Assembly (NCBI GenBank): GCA_038227875.1 | Contig: JBBRPR010000004.1 | Span: 76,830-140,829 of the forward strand | Length of the DNA stretch: 64,000 nt | Direction of reading: 5' to 3' | Origin: Planctomycetota bacterium | GTDB lineage: Bacteria; Planctomycetota; SZUA-567; H5-PLA8 | Shown: positions 53,087 to 63,125 of the stretch, piece by piece | How positions within the stretch are numbered: position 1 is the first letter of the stretch | How the letters are laid out: each line of letters begins with the position of its first letter | The notes under the pieces: generated by a model | What the model saw: only the letters and a program-made list of their open reading frames with translations | What the model was told of the DNA's origin: nothing | Database searches by the model: none | Made by a program: the position numbers and the translations under genes

Positions 53087-55150
53087 TTACGCTTCCGCGG
53101 TCTCAGGCTCTTCCTCTTCATCAGCGGGCGGCGGGGTGAGCGCGACTTCGACGGCTTTGACCAAGTCCTCGCTGCTGAATGGTTTCAGCAGCACGGTGGC
53201 CGGGCCGGGGCAGCCGTCGATCAGCGTTTCAACGCTCGGGCCGCGCACGAAACCGCTGGCGAATAGCACGGGAAGGTCCGGGCGTAACACTTGCATGCGC
53301 AGGTACGTTTCGAGGCCGCCCATCAGCGGCATGTACGCGTCGAGGATCACGAGATTAATCGTGGCCGGCGATTCCTGGAAGCGTTCGAAGGCTTCCTGAC
53401 CGTTGGAGGCCAGGACGACTTCGTACCCTTGCTGGCGCAGCGACCAGCCCATGAAAGTGCGGAAGTTTTCCTCGTCGTCGGCGATCAGCACGCGGCGCAC
53501 GCCGGCTTTCGCGGCGGGCATCTGCATCGGGTCGTTGGGCAGCGGCACGTGTTCGCGCGGACGCGGGCCTTCGCCGGCGGCGCGGGTGAGTCCCTGAAAG
53601 GAACTGTCGCCGCTGGCGCTGGCGACCCCGTTGCTCATGCCTGATCCGCCGTTGGCGCCGGCGTCGAGGGCGGGAAGATCCAGTTCGATCAGCGTGCCCT
53701 TGCCGCTGGTGATGACTTCCAATTGCGCGCGGTGGTAGCGGGCGATGGCGCGGGCCAGCGCGATGCCCGGGGCTTCGGTGCCGTGGCCGGACATCAGCGG
53801 GCGCGAGCCCGGCGCGCTGGGCGTCGCGGAACGCGAGCCGGTGTCTTCGATCGAAAAGGCCGCCTGAATCAGCGAGGGATGCAGTTGCCGCGGGCGGAAG
53901 GTTTTCAGCGTGAGCGTGCCGTTGACCAGGCGTGTCTGCAGGTGTTTGCCCAGCACCAGGATCATCGTGCGCAGCAGCCGGGCGTCGACGCGCACGCGGG
54001 GCAGGTCCAGGCCCAAGTCCACTTTGACGGCAAATCCGTCGGGCACGATATGCCGCAGCAAGTGTCCGGCGTCGGCGATGGCCGCGTTGAGATCGGTCTC
54101 CGGCAGCGCGCCTTCGATGCGGCCCAGCAAATCGGCGGAGCGGCGGAGCAAGCCGACCGCATCCTGTCCGGCGTCAACGATGGCACCGATATTGGGAGCG
54201 GGCAACTGGCCCGGCGGCAGCGCCATGCGCATCGCCGATGCCTGCGCGATAATCACGCTCAGGTAATTGTTCAGTTCGTGATGAATCGACGACGTCAGCA
54301 TCGCCAGCACGGTCTGATCTTCAGCGACGTCCTTGCGTTCGGTTTCCAGGCGCGCGCTGGTGAGGTCGACGGCCTGCACGAGAATGCCGGAGATGTTGTT
54401 CTCGTCGCGCAAGGGCTTGAACGAAACGCCCAGCCAGTTCTGGCGGTGGGCGGCGAGCTCCGCCAGGCGCCCTTCTTCGGCAACGGCGGCCATCGCGCCG
54501 GAGATGTTGCTCCCCGCGGCGACGGCAAATTCGGAGTACCACGCCGGCGGCAGGACCACGGTTTCGCCGGCCCAGGCGCGGTCGAGCGCGCCTTTCATCG
54601 TGGGGCTTAAGATCAGATTCTTCACCCAGCTCAGCGGCCGCGACGGCGCGCTGTCGGGCTGCCGCGGGTAGCGCGTGACGCTGTTGTGCGACGAGACGAA
54701 AAACAGCGCGTGCGGCAGTCCTTGCGCGTTTTCCAGAGCGGCGCTGCGGTGGACGTGGAGTTCGCGGAAGACGCTCTCGCGGTCGCCACATTCGTGAGCG
54801 ACAACAAGGTACGCGGAGTCGACTTTACCGACGTGGGTTTCGAGGTCCGCGTCGCTCCAGGGAATCAGCGAGATGGTCAGGTCGACATTGATGGCGGCAT
54901 TGTCGTGGCCGAGGAACTGGGCTTCGAGGCGCAGGCAGCCTTCCGGCCGCAGCGCCCGGATCAACGGACTGAGCCGCTCCAGGCTGGCGGCGGAGAGAAA
55001 GTCGGAGGTGTTCTTGCCGACAAGCTGGACGCGCGGGACGCCGAGCATCAGCGCGGCGGCGTCGTTGGCTTCCAGAATAACGCCCGACGCATCCTCAACG
55101 AACAGAGGATCCGCGAAGTGGGAGAAAAGATGCCGGTACCGTTCGGGCAC
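53087..55150 (-). CDS. Hybrid sensor histidine kinase/response regulator with PAS domains
   Basis: PAS domain (FADPLFVEDASGVILEANDAA). H-box HELNNYLSVI. HATPase domain. C-terminal REC domain (RVLIADDEENFRTF...LVILDAYMPLMGG). Confidence 0.85.
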   Translation of the reverse strand: MPERYRHLFSHFADPLFVEDASGVILEANDAAALMLGVPRVQLVGKNTSDFLSAASLERLSPLIRALRPEGCLRLEAQFLGHDNAAINVDLTISLIPWSDADLETHVGKVDSAYLVVAHECGDRESVFRELHVHRSAALENAQGLPHALFFVSSHNSVTRYPRQPDSAPSRPLSWVKNLILSPTMKGALDRAWAGETVVLPPAWYSEFAVAAGSNISGAMAAVAEEGRLAELAAHRQNWLGVSFKPLRDENNISGILVQAVDLTSARLETERKDVAEDQTVLAMLTSSIHHELNNYLSVIIAQASAMRMALPPGQLPAPNIGAIVDAGQDAVGLLRRSADLLGRIEGALPETDLNAAIADAGHLLRHIVPDGFAVKVDLGLDLPRVRVDARLLRTMILVLGKHLQTRLVNGTLTLKTFRPRQLHPSLIQAAFSIEDTGSRSATPSAPGSRPLMSGHGTEAPGIALARAIARYHRAQLEVITSGKGTLIELDLPALDAGANGGSGMSNGVASASGDSSFQGLTRAAGEGPRPREHVPLPNDPMQMPAAKAGVRRVLIADDEENFRTFMGWSLRQQGYEVVLASNGQEAFERFQESPATINLVILDAYMPLMGGLETYLRMQVLRPDLPVLFASGFVRGPSVETLIDGCPGPATVLLKPFSSEDLVKAVEVALTPPPADEEEEPETAEA

Positions 55151-55255
55151 AAATTGGGCCCTTTGATCTGACGACGATTAGCAATCTTTCGAGCGACTCA
55201 CCCGCAGTTCGTCCGGAGTGTTGATCTTTAACCAGGTATTAAATTTAATACCAGG

Positions 55256-57097
55256 TTACTCGTCTCCTCCATGACCTCCGTCGTACAACGGCGTTTCCTT
55301 GATGTCGCGAGGCACGAGCACCTTGGCATTGATTTGGGTCTGGAGCGTCGAGCCGATGTATTGCGAGTAGGACTGAGCGATCTGGCTGCGCTTTTCTTCG
55401 CGGTCCCAGGCCGTGTCCTTTTCAAACGTGACCGCGGTGGGCAGCTGCAGTTCCACCGGGAAGCCGACGTAGAAAATTTTGTGCGGCGGCGGATTCTGAT
55501 TCTCCGGCGTCGGTGTTTCCAGCGGGCCACTCGCGACGGGGAGCACTTCGCCGATGCCCCGGGGTGAGGAGAAATACATCTTCGCGATCGGCGACTTGTA
55601 CTGGCCGGCGATGTCGGATTTGATCTCGAGCATCTCGTCGATCTTCGGCAGTTCCTTGCCCTGATCCCAGTCGTCGTGCGCCTTCTGTGCGTCCTTGTTG
55701 GCCATATCGGCGGCATCGAGAATCTTCAGGCGTTCGATGATCGCCGGCTTGGCGTCTTCCAGCGCTTTGAGCTTGGCGTCGGTGTAGGCGGTCTTGCGCG
55801 CCATCACGAAGCCCTTTTCAGGCTTGCCCGGTTCGATCATGTTGGGCTGAGTCCAACCTTCGAACTGCTTCTTGAACCAATCCTTGTACTTTTCGTTGTC
55901 GCCGCGGCCGCCCATTTCCGGGACGTGCGCCCAGAAGAAAATGTCCTTCACCCACTCGGCGTCGGTGGCTTTGATTTCCTTCTTGCCCTTCTTATAGACA
56001 TCCTGGGCCTGTTCGGGAGTGGTCCAGTAGGTCAGGTAGGTCAGGTTCTTTTTGGCGACCCATTCGTCGACCTTGAACGGCTTGCGCTGCGCTTCCGGCT
56101 GCTTGGCCTGTTCGTCCTTCCACGCGGTTTCGGCCTTCTCGAGATCGTTCTTGATCGTGCCCAGTTCGCTGGTGGCCTGGTTCTTCTTCTCGTCGCGCCA
56201 CTTGGTTTCGACATCGGCCTTGACCGTGTCATACGGCTTGAACTTCGGCGGATCGCCCGGCTTGGCCGGCGGGCCGTCCTGGTAAATGATGGGCTTCTGG
56301 CGTTCGTAGAACGCTTTCAGGTCGTCTTCGGTCGGCTTCAATCCAGCGAGGTACTTCTCGGTGTCGAAGCCGATCAGTTCCGCCGCCATCGTCGGCTGTG
56401 TGAAGAGCACGCTCTCCAGATCCTTGAGTTCTTCGGCCTTCACGTCCTTGTTGTTATTGTAGAAGCTCTTGATCTTCTCTTCCGTTGGCTGGGGGACTTT
56501 GGTCAGGTAATCGGTGCTCTTGAATTCCGAGTAGCGGATGCGCACGACCTGCTTTTCGCGGCAGTAGTCGGCGAAGAGTTCGCCGTCGCCGACGTGGAAG
56601 TCCATCGCAAACTGCTGGAACTTGCCGCGCAGCGCGACTTCGTGGGTCGTCTCTTCGAAATCGATGCCCGTCATCTGCATCGCGTTGAGCAGCTTGCCGT
56701 AGATTTCTTCGTCGGCCTTCGGCGGCGCCTTGCCTTCACGCATCTGGATCTGGTTCTTCACGGCGTTGCGCAGGATCTGGCGCATCTCTTCGGTGCCCGT
56801 TTCGAAACCGGCGTGGCGGGCGAGGCTGACTTCCAGCATGTGTTCGCCGACGTCGCTGGAGTTCACCGGACCGCCGCGGCGCAGATACTTGCTGAGCTTC
56901 AAGCGGTAATTGTAAGTCTCACTAGGGCTGAGCGAATATTCGGTCTTGCCCATCGAATAACGCACGGTCGGCCCGGATCCGCCAAAGAGCGTACCGCCTC
57001 TTCCGCCAAACCCGAACGCCGCCATACTGACAATCACGACTGGGAGCAACACCCAATACACGAACATCTTGTGCTGTCGAAACCATTCTAGCTGCAT
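55256..57097 (-). CDS. PpiD-like periplasmic chaperone / SurA N-terminal domain protein
   Basis: N-terminal TM segment MFVYWVLLPVVIVSMAAFGF, then the SurA_N-like stretch EYSLSPSETYNYRLKLSKYL. Similar in length to PpiD. Confidence 0.6.
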   Translation of the reverse strand: MQLEWFRQHKMFVYWVLLPVVIVSMAAFGFGGRGGTLFGGSGPTVRYSMGKTEYSLSPSETYNYRLKLSKYLRRGGPVNSSDVGEHMLEVSLARHAGFETGTEEMRQILRNAVKNQIQMREGKAPPKADEEIYGKLLNAMQMTGIDFEETTHEVALRGKFQQFAMDFHVGDGELFADYCREKQVVRIRYSEFKSTDYLTKVPQPTEEKIKSFYNNNKDVKAEELKDLESVLFTQPTMAAELIGFDTEKYLAGLKPTEDDLKAFYERQKPIIYQDGPPAKPGDPPKFKPYDTVKADVETKWRDEKKNQATSELGTIKNDLEKAETAWKDEQAKQPEAQRKPFKVDEWVAKKNLTYLTYWTTPEQAQDVYKKGKKEIKATDAEWVKDIFFWAHVPEMGGRGDNEKYKDWFKKQFEGWTQPNMIEPGKPEKGFVMARKTAYTDAKLKALEDAKPAIIERLKILDAADMANKDAQKAHDDWDQGKELPKIDEMLEIKSDIAGQYKSPIAKMYFSSPRGIGEVLPVASGPLETPTPENQNPPPHKIFYVGFPVELQLPTAVTFEKDTAWDREEKRSQIAQSYSQYIGSTLQTQINAKVLVPRDIKETPLYDGGHGGDE

Positions 57098-57185
57098 GCT
57101 GACCCCTAATGAAAATTGCCTCTAAAGACGCGTGGACGCTACCTTAATGGAGGGGCGGGGAATTTGCCAATGAGATAACGGACTA

Positions 57186-57327
57186 AACGGAGTCATTGGT
57201 CATTGGGCATCGGTCATTTTTCATTTGTCATCTACGGGAGCGATAGTCAGGCATGTACGACTACCAATACGCTCCTCGGAAATGAAAAATGACAAATGAC
57301 CGATGCCCAATGACCAATGACTCCGTT
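57186..57327. repeat. Large inverted repeat (~34-47-bp arms, ~45-nt spacer) built from CAATGAC-heptamer elements
   Basis: aacggagtcattggtcattgggcatcggtcattt..., then the spacer, then ...aaatgaccgatgcccaatgaccaatgactccgtt. Related to 16208-16257. Confidence 0.7.
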
Positions 57328-57335
57328 CAGTTCCC

Positions 57336-58919
57336 TCACTCCAGCCGCTTCTTCACCACCTCCACCGCGTCTTCGACCTTGATGCGGTCCTGCTTCATGC
57401 TGTCGCGTTCGCGGATGGTGACGGTGCCGTCGGTGGCGGTCTGGCCGTCGACGGTGATGCAGTAGGGCGTACCGCATTCGTCCTGGCGGCGGTAGCGGCG
57501 GCCGATGGCGTCCTTCTCGTCGTACACAGCCTTGATCTGCTGCTTGAAGAACTTCTCGACGACCAGGCGCGCGGCTTCGGGCATGCCGTCCTTTTTCACC
57601 AGCGGGAAGACGGCGACTTTCGTCGGCGCCAGGCGCGGGTGCAGACGCAGCACCGTGCGGCCTTCCGTGGTTCCCGGCGGCGGCGGCTCTTCGACGTAGG
57701 CATCGAGCAAGAACGCCAGCGTCGCGCGATCGGCGCCGGCGGCCGGTTCGATCACGTACGGGTGGTAGTGCGCGTTCTTCTGCGAATCAAAGAAGGTCAG
57801 CTTCTTGCCGCTGGCTTTTTCGTGCGCTTTCAGATCGTAATCGGAGCGGTGGGCGATGCCTTCCAGCTCACCCCAGCCCCACGGGTATTCGTATTCCACG
57901 TCGGCGCAGGCCTTGGCATAGTGCGCCAGCTCGGAACCTTCGTGGTCGCGCAGGCGGAGTTTCTCCTTGCGCAGTCCCAGCGACTGGTACCAGTTCATCC
58001 GTTGTTCGCACCAGTATTTGTACCAGTACATGTCGTCCTTGCCTTCGTCGGCGTACTGCGGCGGCGGCACGAAGAACTCCATTTCCATCTGCTCGAATTC
58101 GCAGCTGCGGAAGGTGAAATGTTCGACCGTGATTTCGTTGCGGAAGCTCTTGCCCTGCTGCGCGATGCCGAAGGGCGGCTTCAACCGCATGCTGTTCTGC
58201 ACGTTCAGGAAGTTCACGAACATCGCCTGCGCGGTTTCCGGTCGCAGGTAGACGGCCGATTCGCCGATCGCATCGGCCAGCGCGGCGCGCAGTTCATCGC
58301 CGCTCAGCGACTTGTTTTCCAGCCGCGCGGCGATGGTCTCGATCGGATCGATGCTGCCCAGTGAGGTCCGGAACATCAGGTTGAACTTGCGGATATCCGA
58401 CATGTTCGGACTGCCGCAATTCGGACAGACGATGCCCAGCTTGCCCACCGGTCCCTTGCGCGTTTCCTTCTTGCCGCTCTGGTGATCGACGATGACTTTG
58501 AATTCGACTTCCGTGCCTTCGGCGACCTGCGGCCACTTGTCGGCGCGGCCGCGTTCCTTGCAGTCTTTGCAGTCGACCATCGGATCGCTGAAGCCGGCGA
58601 GATGTCCCGACGCGCGCCACACATTGGGGTGCATGATGATGCTGGCGTCGATGCCGACGACGTCTTCGCGGCCGTGGACCATCGTGCGCCACCACTCCGC
58701 CTTGACGTTGCGTTTCAGTTCCGCGCCGAGCGGACCGTAGTCGTAGCAGCTCTTCAAGCCGCCGTAGATTTCCGAAGACTGAAAGACGAAGCCGCGCTGT
58801 TTGCACAGCGAGACAATCTTCTCCATGATCTCCGGCTCGGCGCTGGCCTTGGGTTTGTCTTTTTTGGGTTTGTTGCTGTTCTCGGGCCTGGGACTATCGC
58901 TTTTGGGACTGTCGCTCAT
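57336..58919 (-). CDS. glyQS: Glycine--tRNA ligase (alpha2 dimeric type)
   Basis: MEKIVSLCKQRGFVFQSSEIYGGLKSCYDYGPLG. Class II motifs present. The ~30-aa Lys/Pro-rich N-terminal extension is uncertain. Confidence 0.9.
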   Translation of the reverse strand: MSDSPKSDSPRPENSNKPKKDKPKASAEPEIMEKIVSLCKQRGFVFQSSEIYGGLKSCYDYGPLGAELKRNVKAEWWRTMVHGREDVVGIDASIIMHPNVWRASGHLAGFSDPMVDCKDCKERGRADKWPQVAEGTEVEFKVIVDHQSGKKETRKGPVGKLGIVCPNCGSPNMSDIRKFNLMFRTSLGSIDPIETIAARLENKSLSGDELRAALADAIGESAVYLRPETAQAMFVNFLNVQNSMRLKPPFGIAQQGKSFRNEITVEHFTFRSCEFEQMEMEFFVPPPQYADEGKDDMYWYKYWCEQRMNWYQSLGLRKEKLRLRDHEGSELAHYAKACADVEYEYPWGWGELEGIAHRSDYDLKAHEKASGKKLTFFDSQKNAHYHPYVIEPAAGADRATLAFLLDAYVEEPPPPGTTEGRTVLRLHPRLAPTKVAVFPLVKKDGMPEAARLVVEKFFKQQIKAVYDEKDAIGRRYRRQDECGTPYCITVDGQTATDGTVTIRERDSMKQDRIKVEDAVEVVKKRLE

Positions 58920-59261
58920 GGTAACGTTATTCTCCGTTTCACCGGGCGCTGGACGGCGCGCGGGACCGCAAAAGCTACCAGCTTATGCAGTATCAGCAAT
59001 AAAAGGTATGAGGAGTTGGCCGAAGCGGCCGCGCGGTCTCCGGCCGATCAGCCGGGCCGCGCTAAATACCCAACAGCCCGCTGAAAAAGCCTCGTTCCGC
59101 CAAGTTTCTCCGTGAAACGCCTGGCAGTAAAGGCGTTTCTCGGCGCAGTCCAAGGGGTTCACAGCGGGCTGTTAAGCCGGCAAAGGAAGGAAGTGGCGTC
59201 GCGTTCATGGTCTGATCAACATATTCCATGGAGGATGAAAAAGCAATTCATCAGAACCCGT

Positions 59262-59352
59262 GTGCCAATTGGCACACGGGTTGTCGTGTCATTTTGACCT
59301 TAGGAGCAATTGCTCCTAAGGTCAGAACAACCCTGGTACAAATTTGGACCAG
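59262..59352. promoter_or_regulatory. Three consecutive palindromes in the glyQS/ECF-sigma divergent intergenic region
   Basis: cccgtgtgccaattggcacacggg (perfect, 24 bp), gaccttaggagcaattgctcctaaggtc (perfect, 28 bp) and ccctggtacaaatttggaccaggg (near-perfect). Confidence 0.4.
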
Positions 59353-59486
59353 GGTCGGAAACGTGTTGTAGGGGAACCTCCAGGACACGTGGCTTGGGGC
59401 GAGTTCCTTGCGAATAATCTTTGCGATTTCCGAACCTGGCGCGTGCTCCGTCTGTCTAGACTTCAGTAGAACGTGGAGGCGAGCGG

Positions 59487-60431
59487 GTGACCCAGAGGGA
59501 CATCGACCTGGCAAAGGCGGGCGACTTGCCGGCGTTTGAGCGGTTGGTCGAACACTTTCAGCCGATGGTCGAAAGCGTGGCGCTTGGCTTTCTGGCGCGG
59601 CACGAAGATGTGCAGGACTGCGTGCAGGAAACGTTTCTGCGCGCATACACGGCGCTGCCGGCGCTGCGTTCCTCCGTCGCGTTTCCAGTGTGGCTGATGT
59701 CCATCGCGCGAACCACGGCGCTCAACCAGCGTGACAAACGCTCGCGGCGCCGCGAAGTGACCTTGGACGTTCCGGAAGCCGATCGCGCCGGGCCAGAACC
59801 CTCTTCAGCAAACGAACCGCTGGAGGTCGCCCTGCGCGAACTGGAGCCGCGCAAACGCCAGTTGTTACTGCTCCATTATTTTGACGAATTGCCGGTCGCG
59901 CGCATCGCCGAACTGTTGTCCAGTCCGGAGGGCTCGGTTAAACGCCTGCTCCACGAAGCCCGGGCGCAGTTGCGCGAACTGCTCCAGCCCGCCGATGTGA
60001 AAGTCCGTCTGGCCGAACACGCCCCCGAATTGCGGAGACAGATTATGGACGAAGCACCGATCGTGAAATTCACCAACATATTGCTGTTGACCGCGTTCAA
60101 GGAAAATGCCATACGCATCGTGATCGATCCGAGCGAATCCAATCCGCGCGTGAGTCTTGATGTGCTGGGTCAGATCCAGGATATTCCGCCCGCAACACCG
60201 CGTGTCCTGCAAGGCGCCTGCGATCGGCTCTGGCTGTTAAGCGGCGGAAAGAGCGTGTCAATTTACGCCAACGGCGTATCCCGTGCCGTCCAGGCGCGGC
60301 GCGAGCCCGATGGGCGGATGACAGTGGAGATCGGCGAGCCTGACCCCTCAGGCCGGCGTGAACTGCCCGAGCACCCGCGGCCCCTGGGCTCCGGTGGCGC
60401 TGGGGAGATTGCTGGGGCGGCCGAGGGCTGA
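59487..60431 (+). CDS. ECF-type sigma-70 factor with ~120-aa C-terminal extension
   Basis: Region 2 (VQDCVQETFLRAYTAL), region 4 (LLLLHYFDELPVARIAELLSSPEGSVKRLLHEAR), then extra C-terminal sequence. Its 3' end overlaps anmK by 84 bp on the opposite strand. Confidence 0.7.
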   Translation: MTQRDIDLAKAGDLPAFERLVEHFQPMVESVALGFLARHEDVQDCVQETFLRAYTALPALRSSVAFPVWLMSIARTTALNQRDKRSRRREVTLDVPEADRAGPEPSSANEPLEVALRELEPRKRQLLLLHYFDELPVARIAELLSSPEGSVKRLLHEARAQLRELLQPADVKVRLAEHAPELRRQIMDEAPIVKFTNILLLTAFKENAIRIVIDPSESNPRVSLDVLGQIQDIPPATPRVLQGACDRLWLLSGGKSVSIYANGVSRAVQARREPDGRMTVEIGEPDPSGRRELPEHPRPLGSGGAGEIAGAAEG

Positions 60432-61547
60432 TTCGCGGGCGAGAATCGCAAACGCGATGCTCTCCTTGGCCTTCAGCGGCAATCCATACTTGTCGGACGT
60501 TTCGATCTTCAGGTTCGGGAGTTCGCGGCGCAGCAGGTCCATCAAGACGGGGTTGAGCGCGCCGCCGCCCGAGACGATCAGTTCGTCCACTTTGCCGCGG
60601 GGAATCACGAAATGCTTGAGGCTGTCGGCGATGGTCAGCGCGGTGAATTCCGTCGCGGTGGTGATGATGTCCCGGGGCATCGCGCCGATCTTGTTGCCGT
60701 AGTCGAACATCTTCATCGCATAGTCGATGCCGAATTCCTCGCGCCCGGTGCTCTTGGGCGGCTTACATTTCAAATAGTTGTGCATCATCATTTCGGCCAG
60801 CAGCGGGCGGTGGATCGTGCCTGACGCGGCGATGTCGCCGTCGCGGTCGTAGGAGTCGTTGCCTTTGGTCATGTACTGGACCATGGCGTCGATGATCATG
60901 TTGCCCGGCCCGCTGTCGTAAGCGAGCGTGTCTTCGGGCTTTCCGGCCGCGGGGAGATAGGTCAGGTTGGAGATGCCGCCGATGTTCAGCGCGACGCGGT
61001 TGATCGTGTCGTGGGAGAACATCAGGTAGTCGACGAACGGCACCAGCGGCGCGCCTTGCCCGCCGGCCGCGACATCGCGCGCGCGGAAATTGGAGATCAC
61101 GCTGATGCCTGTGCGTTCGGCGATCACCGCTGCTTCGCCCAGTTGCAGCGTCGCGCCGAGCTGGTAGATGCTGCCGCCGGTGCGCGGCGGAATATGGGAG
61201 ATCGTCTGCCCGTGGCTGCCGATCAGGTCCACATCGGCCGCGGCGACGCCGGCGGAATCAAGCAGTTGCTTGGTCGATGCGGCGAAGACTTCAGCCAGGA
61301 GATAACTGAGCTCGCAGATTTCCGCTGACGTGCCGCCCTTTGGATCGGAGGCGCGCAGAACTCTTTCGCGCACGAATTCCGGATACGGTTCGGTGTGTTC
61401 GGCGATCAGGTTGACTTTCAACCCGCCGCGCCCCGCGCCGGAGATTTCACACAGCGCCGCATCGACGCCATCGGCACTGGTGCCGGACATCAAACCGACG
61501 ACGCGATGCGTCGTGCGTTCCTGAAATTTCTGCAGCGGCAGATGCAT
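60348..61547 (-). CDS. anmK: Anhydro-N-acetylmuramic acid kinase
   Basis: VVGLMSGTSADGVDAALCEI and LIGSHGQTISH. Confidence 0.85.
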   Translation of the reverse strand: MHLPLQKFQERTTHRVVGLMSGTSADGVDAALCEISGAGRGGLKVNLIAEHTEPYPEFVRERVLRASDPKGGTSAEICELSYLLAEVFAASTKQLLDSAGVAAADVDLIGSHGQTISHIPPRTGGSIYQLGATLQLGEAAVIAERTGISVISNFRARDVAAGGQGAPLVPFVDYLMFSHDTINRVALNIGGISNLTYLPAAGKPEDTLAYDSGPGNMIIDAMVQYMTKGNDSYDRDGDIAASGTIHRPLLAEMMMHNYLKCKPPKSTGREEFGIDYAMKMFDYGNKIGAMPRDIITTATEFTALTIADSLKHFVIPRGKVDELIVSGGGALNPVLMDLLRRELPNLKIETSDKYGLPLKAKESIAFAILARESALGRPSNLPSATGAQGPRVLGQFTPA

Positions 61548-61629
61548 GGTGGATTCTCCGGGCGGCGAGTCTAGCAGTATGTGCGTTTTGCGGCAATAGA
61601 GTGGCTTCGTGGCTCTTGGGAGAGCCGCC

Positions 61630-62940
61630 CTACACCTTCACGTATCGTTTGCCGGGCAACTGTTTGCAGAGCCGCCGGACTTCCAGCACCAGCAGCGTTG
61701 CCAGCACTTCCTGCGGTTTGAGTTTGCTCGCGACGATCAGCTCGTCGACGGCGCGCGCGGTGCTCTGGTCGAGCAGATCGAAGATCAGGCGTTCGCGCGG
61801 GTTGAGTTTCTGGGCGCGGAGATCGGACGTGGTGGGGCGGGTGGGATCCAGTGGCGGCGGCGCGTTTTCGCGCGATTTTTTCCCGGTCGGCGCTTCGGGT
61901 GTGGATGGGATCTCGACCGCGGCGGCCGAATCGTCGAGCAGCGGCATGGCGATCGCGGAAGTTTTACCGGCGCGCGCCGGCGTGAGGCGCAGGCGCGGAT
62001 CGGGCGGGTTGATCTTCACCAACGGTTCGGCGACTTCGCGAATTTCCTCGAGGATATCGTCGACATCTTCGACCAGTTTCGCGCCGGCCTTGATCAGGCG
62101 ATGCGGGCCGCGCGCGTTGGGGCTCTCCACGCTGCCGGGGACGGCGAAGACTTCGCGGTCCATGTCGACGGCGTAGCGCGCGGTGATCAGCGAGCCGGAA
62201 GTTTCTGAGCCTTCGACGACGACGGTGCCCAGCGTCATCCCCGCGATGATTCGGTTGCGGCCGGGAAAATGCTGCGCGGCCGGAGGCGTGTCGAGCGGGA
62301 GTTCGCTTAAAATCGCGCCGCGCCGCACGCCCTGCGCGGTGATGCGTTCGTACAGACCCTTGTTCTCCGGCGGATAAACCGTGCCGATGCCATTGCCGAG
62401 CACCGCGATGGTGCGGCCCCGGTCGACGGAAAGCGCGCCGGCATGCGCGGCCGTATCGATGCCGCGCGCCAGTCCGCTGACGACCGTGAATCCCGCCGCC
62501 GCCAGACCTGCTGCGAGCTTTTCCGCCTGCGCCCGGCCGTAGTGCGAACAGTGGCGCGAGCCGACGATGGCGATGGAGAGCATGTCTTCCGGCAGCATTT
62601 CGCCGTCGACATAGAGCACGATCGGTGGATCGTATGTTGAAAGCAGCGGCCGCGGATAAAGGGGCGAATCGAGCGTGAGGATCTGCACGCCGCGCTGCGC
62701 GGCCCGCGCGATTTCCTGCTCGGCCCACGGATCGCGTCGCGCGTCGGCGATGCCATCGACGGTGCGGGCTGTGACATCCGGAATTTCGCGCAGCCGCTCG
62801 GCCGGCGCCGCGAGCGCCGCTTCCGCCGAGCCGAAAACGCGGACCAGTTTGCGGTACGTGACCGGTCCCACGAAGCGTGCATGGGCCAGGCGCAGCGTCG
62901 CGGCGATGGCGGCGGGTTCAGGTGCGGCGGTTTCGGGCAT
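61630..62940 (-). CDS. dprA: DNA-processing protein DprA (Smf family) with C-terminal winged helix
   Basis: IAIVGSRHCSHYGRAQAEKLAAGLAAAGFTVVSGLARGIDTAAHAGAL and AVPG. Confidence 0.85.
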   Translation of the reverse strand: MPETAAPEPAAIAATLRLAHARFVGPVTYRKLVRVFGSAEAALAAPAERLREIPDVTARTVDGIADARRDPWAEQEIARAAQRGVQILTLDSPLYPRPLLSTYDPPIVLYVDGEMLPEDMLSIAIVGSRHCSHYGRAQAEKLAAGLAAAGFTVVSGLARGIDTAAHAGALSVDRGRTIAVLGNGIGTVYPPENKGLYERITAQGVRRGAILSELPLDTPPAAQHFPGRNRIIAGMTLGTVVVEGSETSGSLITARYAVDMDREVFAVPGSVESPNARGPHRLIKAGAKLVEDVDDILEEIREVAEPLVKINPPDPRLRLTPARAGKTSAIAMPLLDDSAAAVEIPSTPEAPTGKKSRENAPPPLDPTRPTTSDLRAQKLNPRERLIFDLLDQSTARAVDELIVASKLKPQEVLATLLVLEVRRLCKQLPGKRYVKV

Positions 62941-63096
62941 GAGACCAAATTATCCCGGCAACGCCGCGCGGCGAATGAAAAACGGAGCGGCCCGTGAGTA
63001 CAGACCAGGCGCCTCACACCAAGGTTGCTTTATCCCGCCACGTCCGGCTTTGAAGGCGGGAGACGCACCGAATTTTAAAATTTATGTATTAATGAT

Positions 63097-63125
63097 TTGA
63101 CAATGCCTATTTCACGGTCTATTAT
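63097..63125 (+). promoter_or_regulatory. Consensus-like sigma70 promoter (TTGACA-N17-TATTAT) in an AT-rich intergenic region with no annotated downstream CDS
   Basis: -35 TTGACA at 63097-63102, a 17-bp spacer, and -10 TATTAT at 63120-63125. Followed by a GTTCCAC/GTGGAAC hairpin (63195-63226) and three GTAACATT repeats at 10-bp spacing (63314-63341). Confidence 0.35.

Noticed and set aside
59112-59297. 61-aa ORF in the glyQS/sigma intergenic region
   Set aside because: No RBS and no conservation can be judged. The region is dominated by palindromes, so a non-coding regulatory role is more likely.
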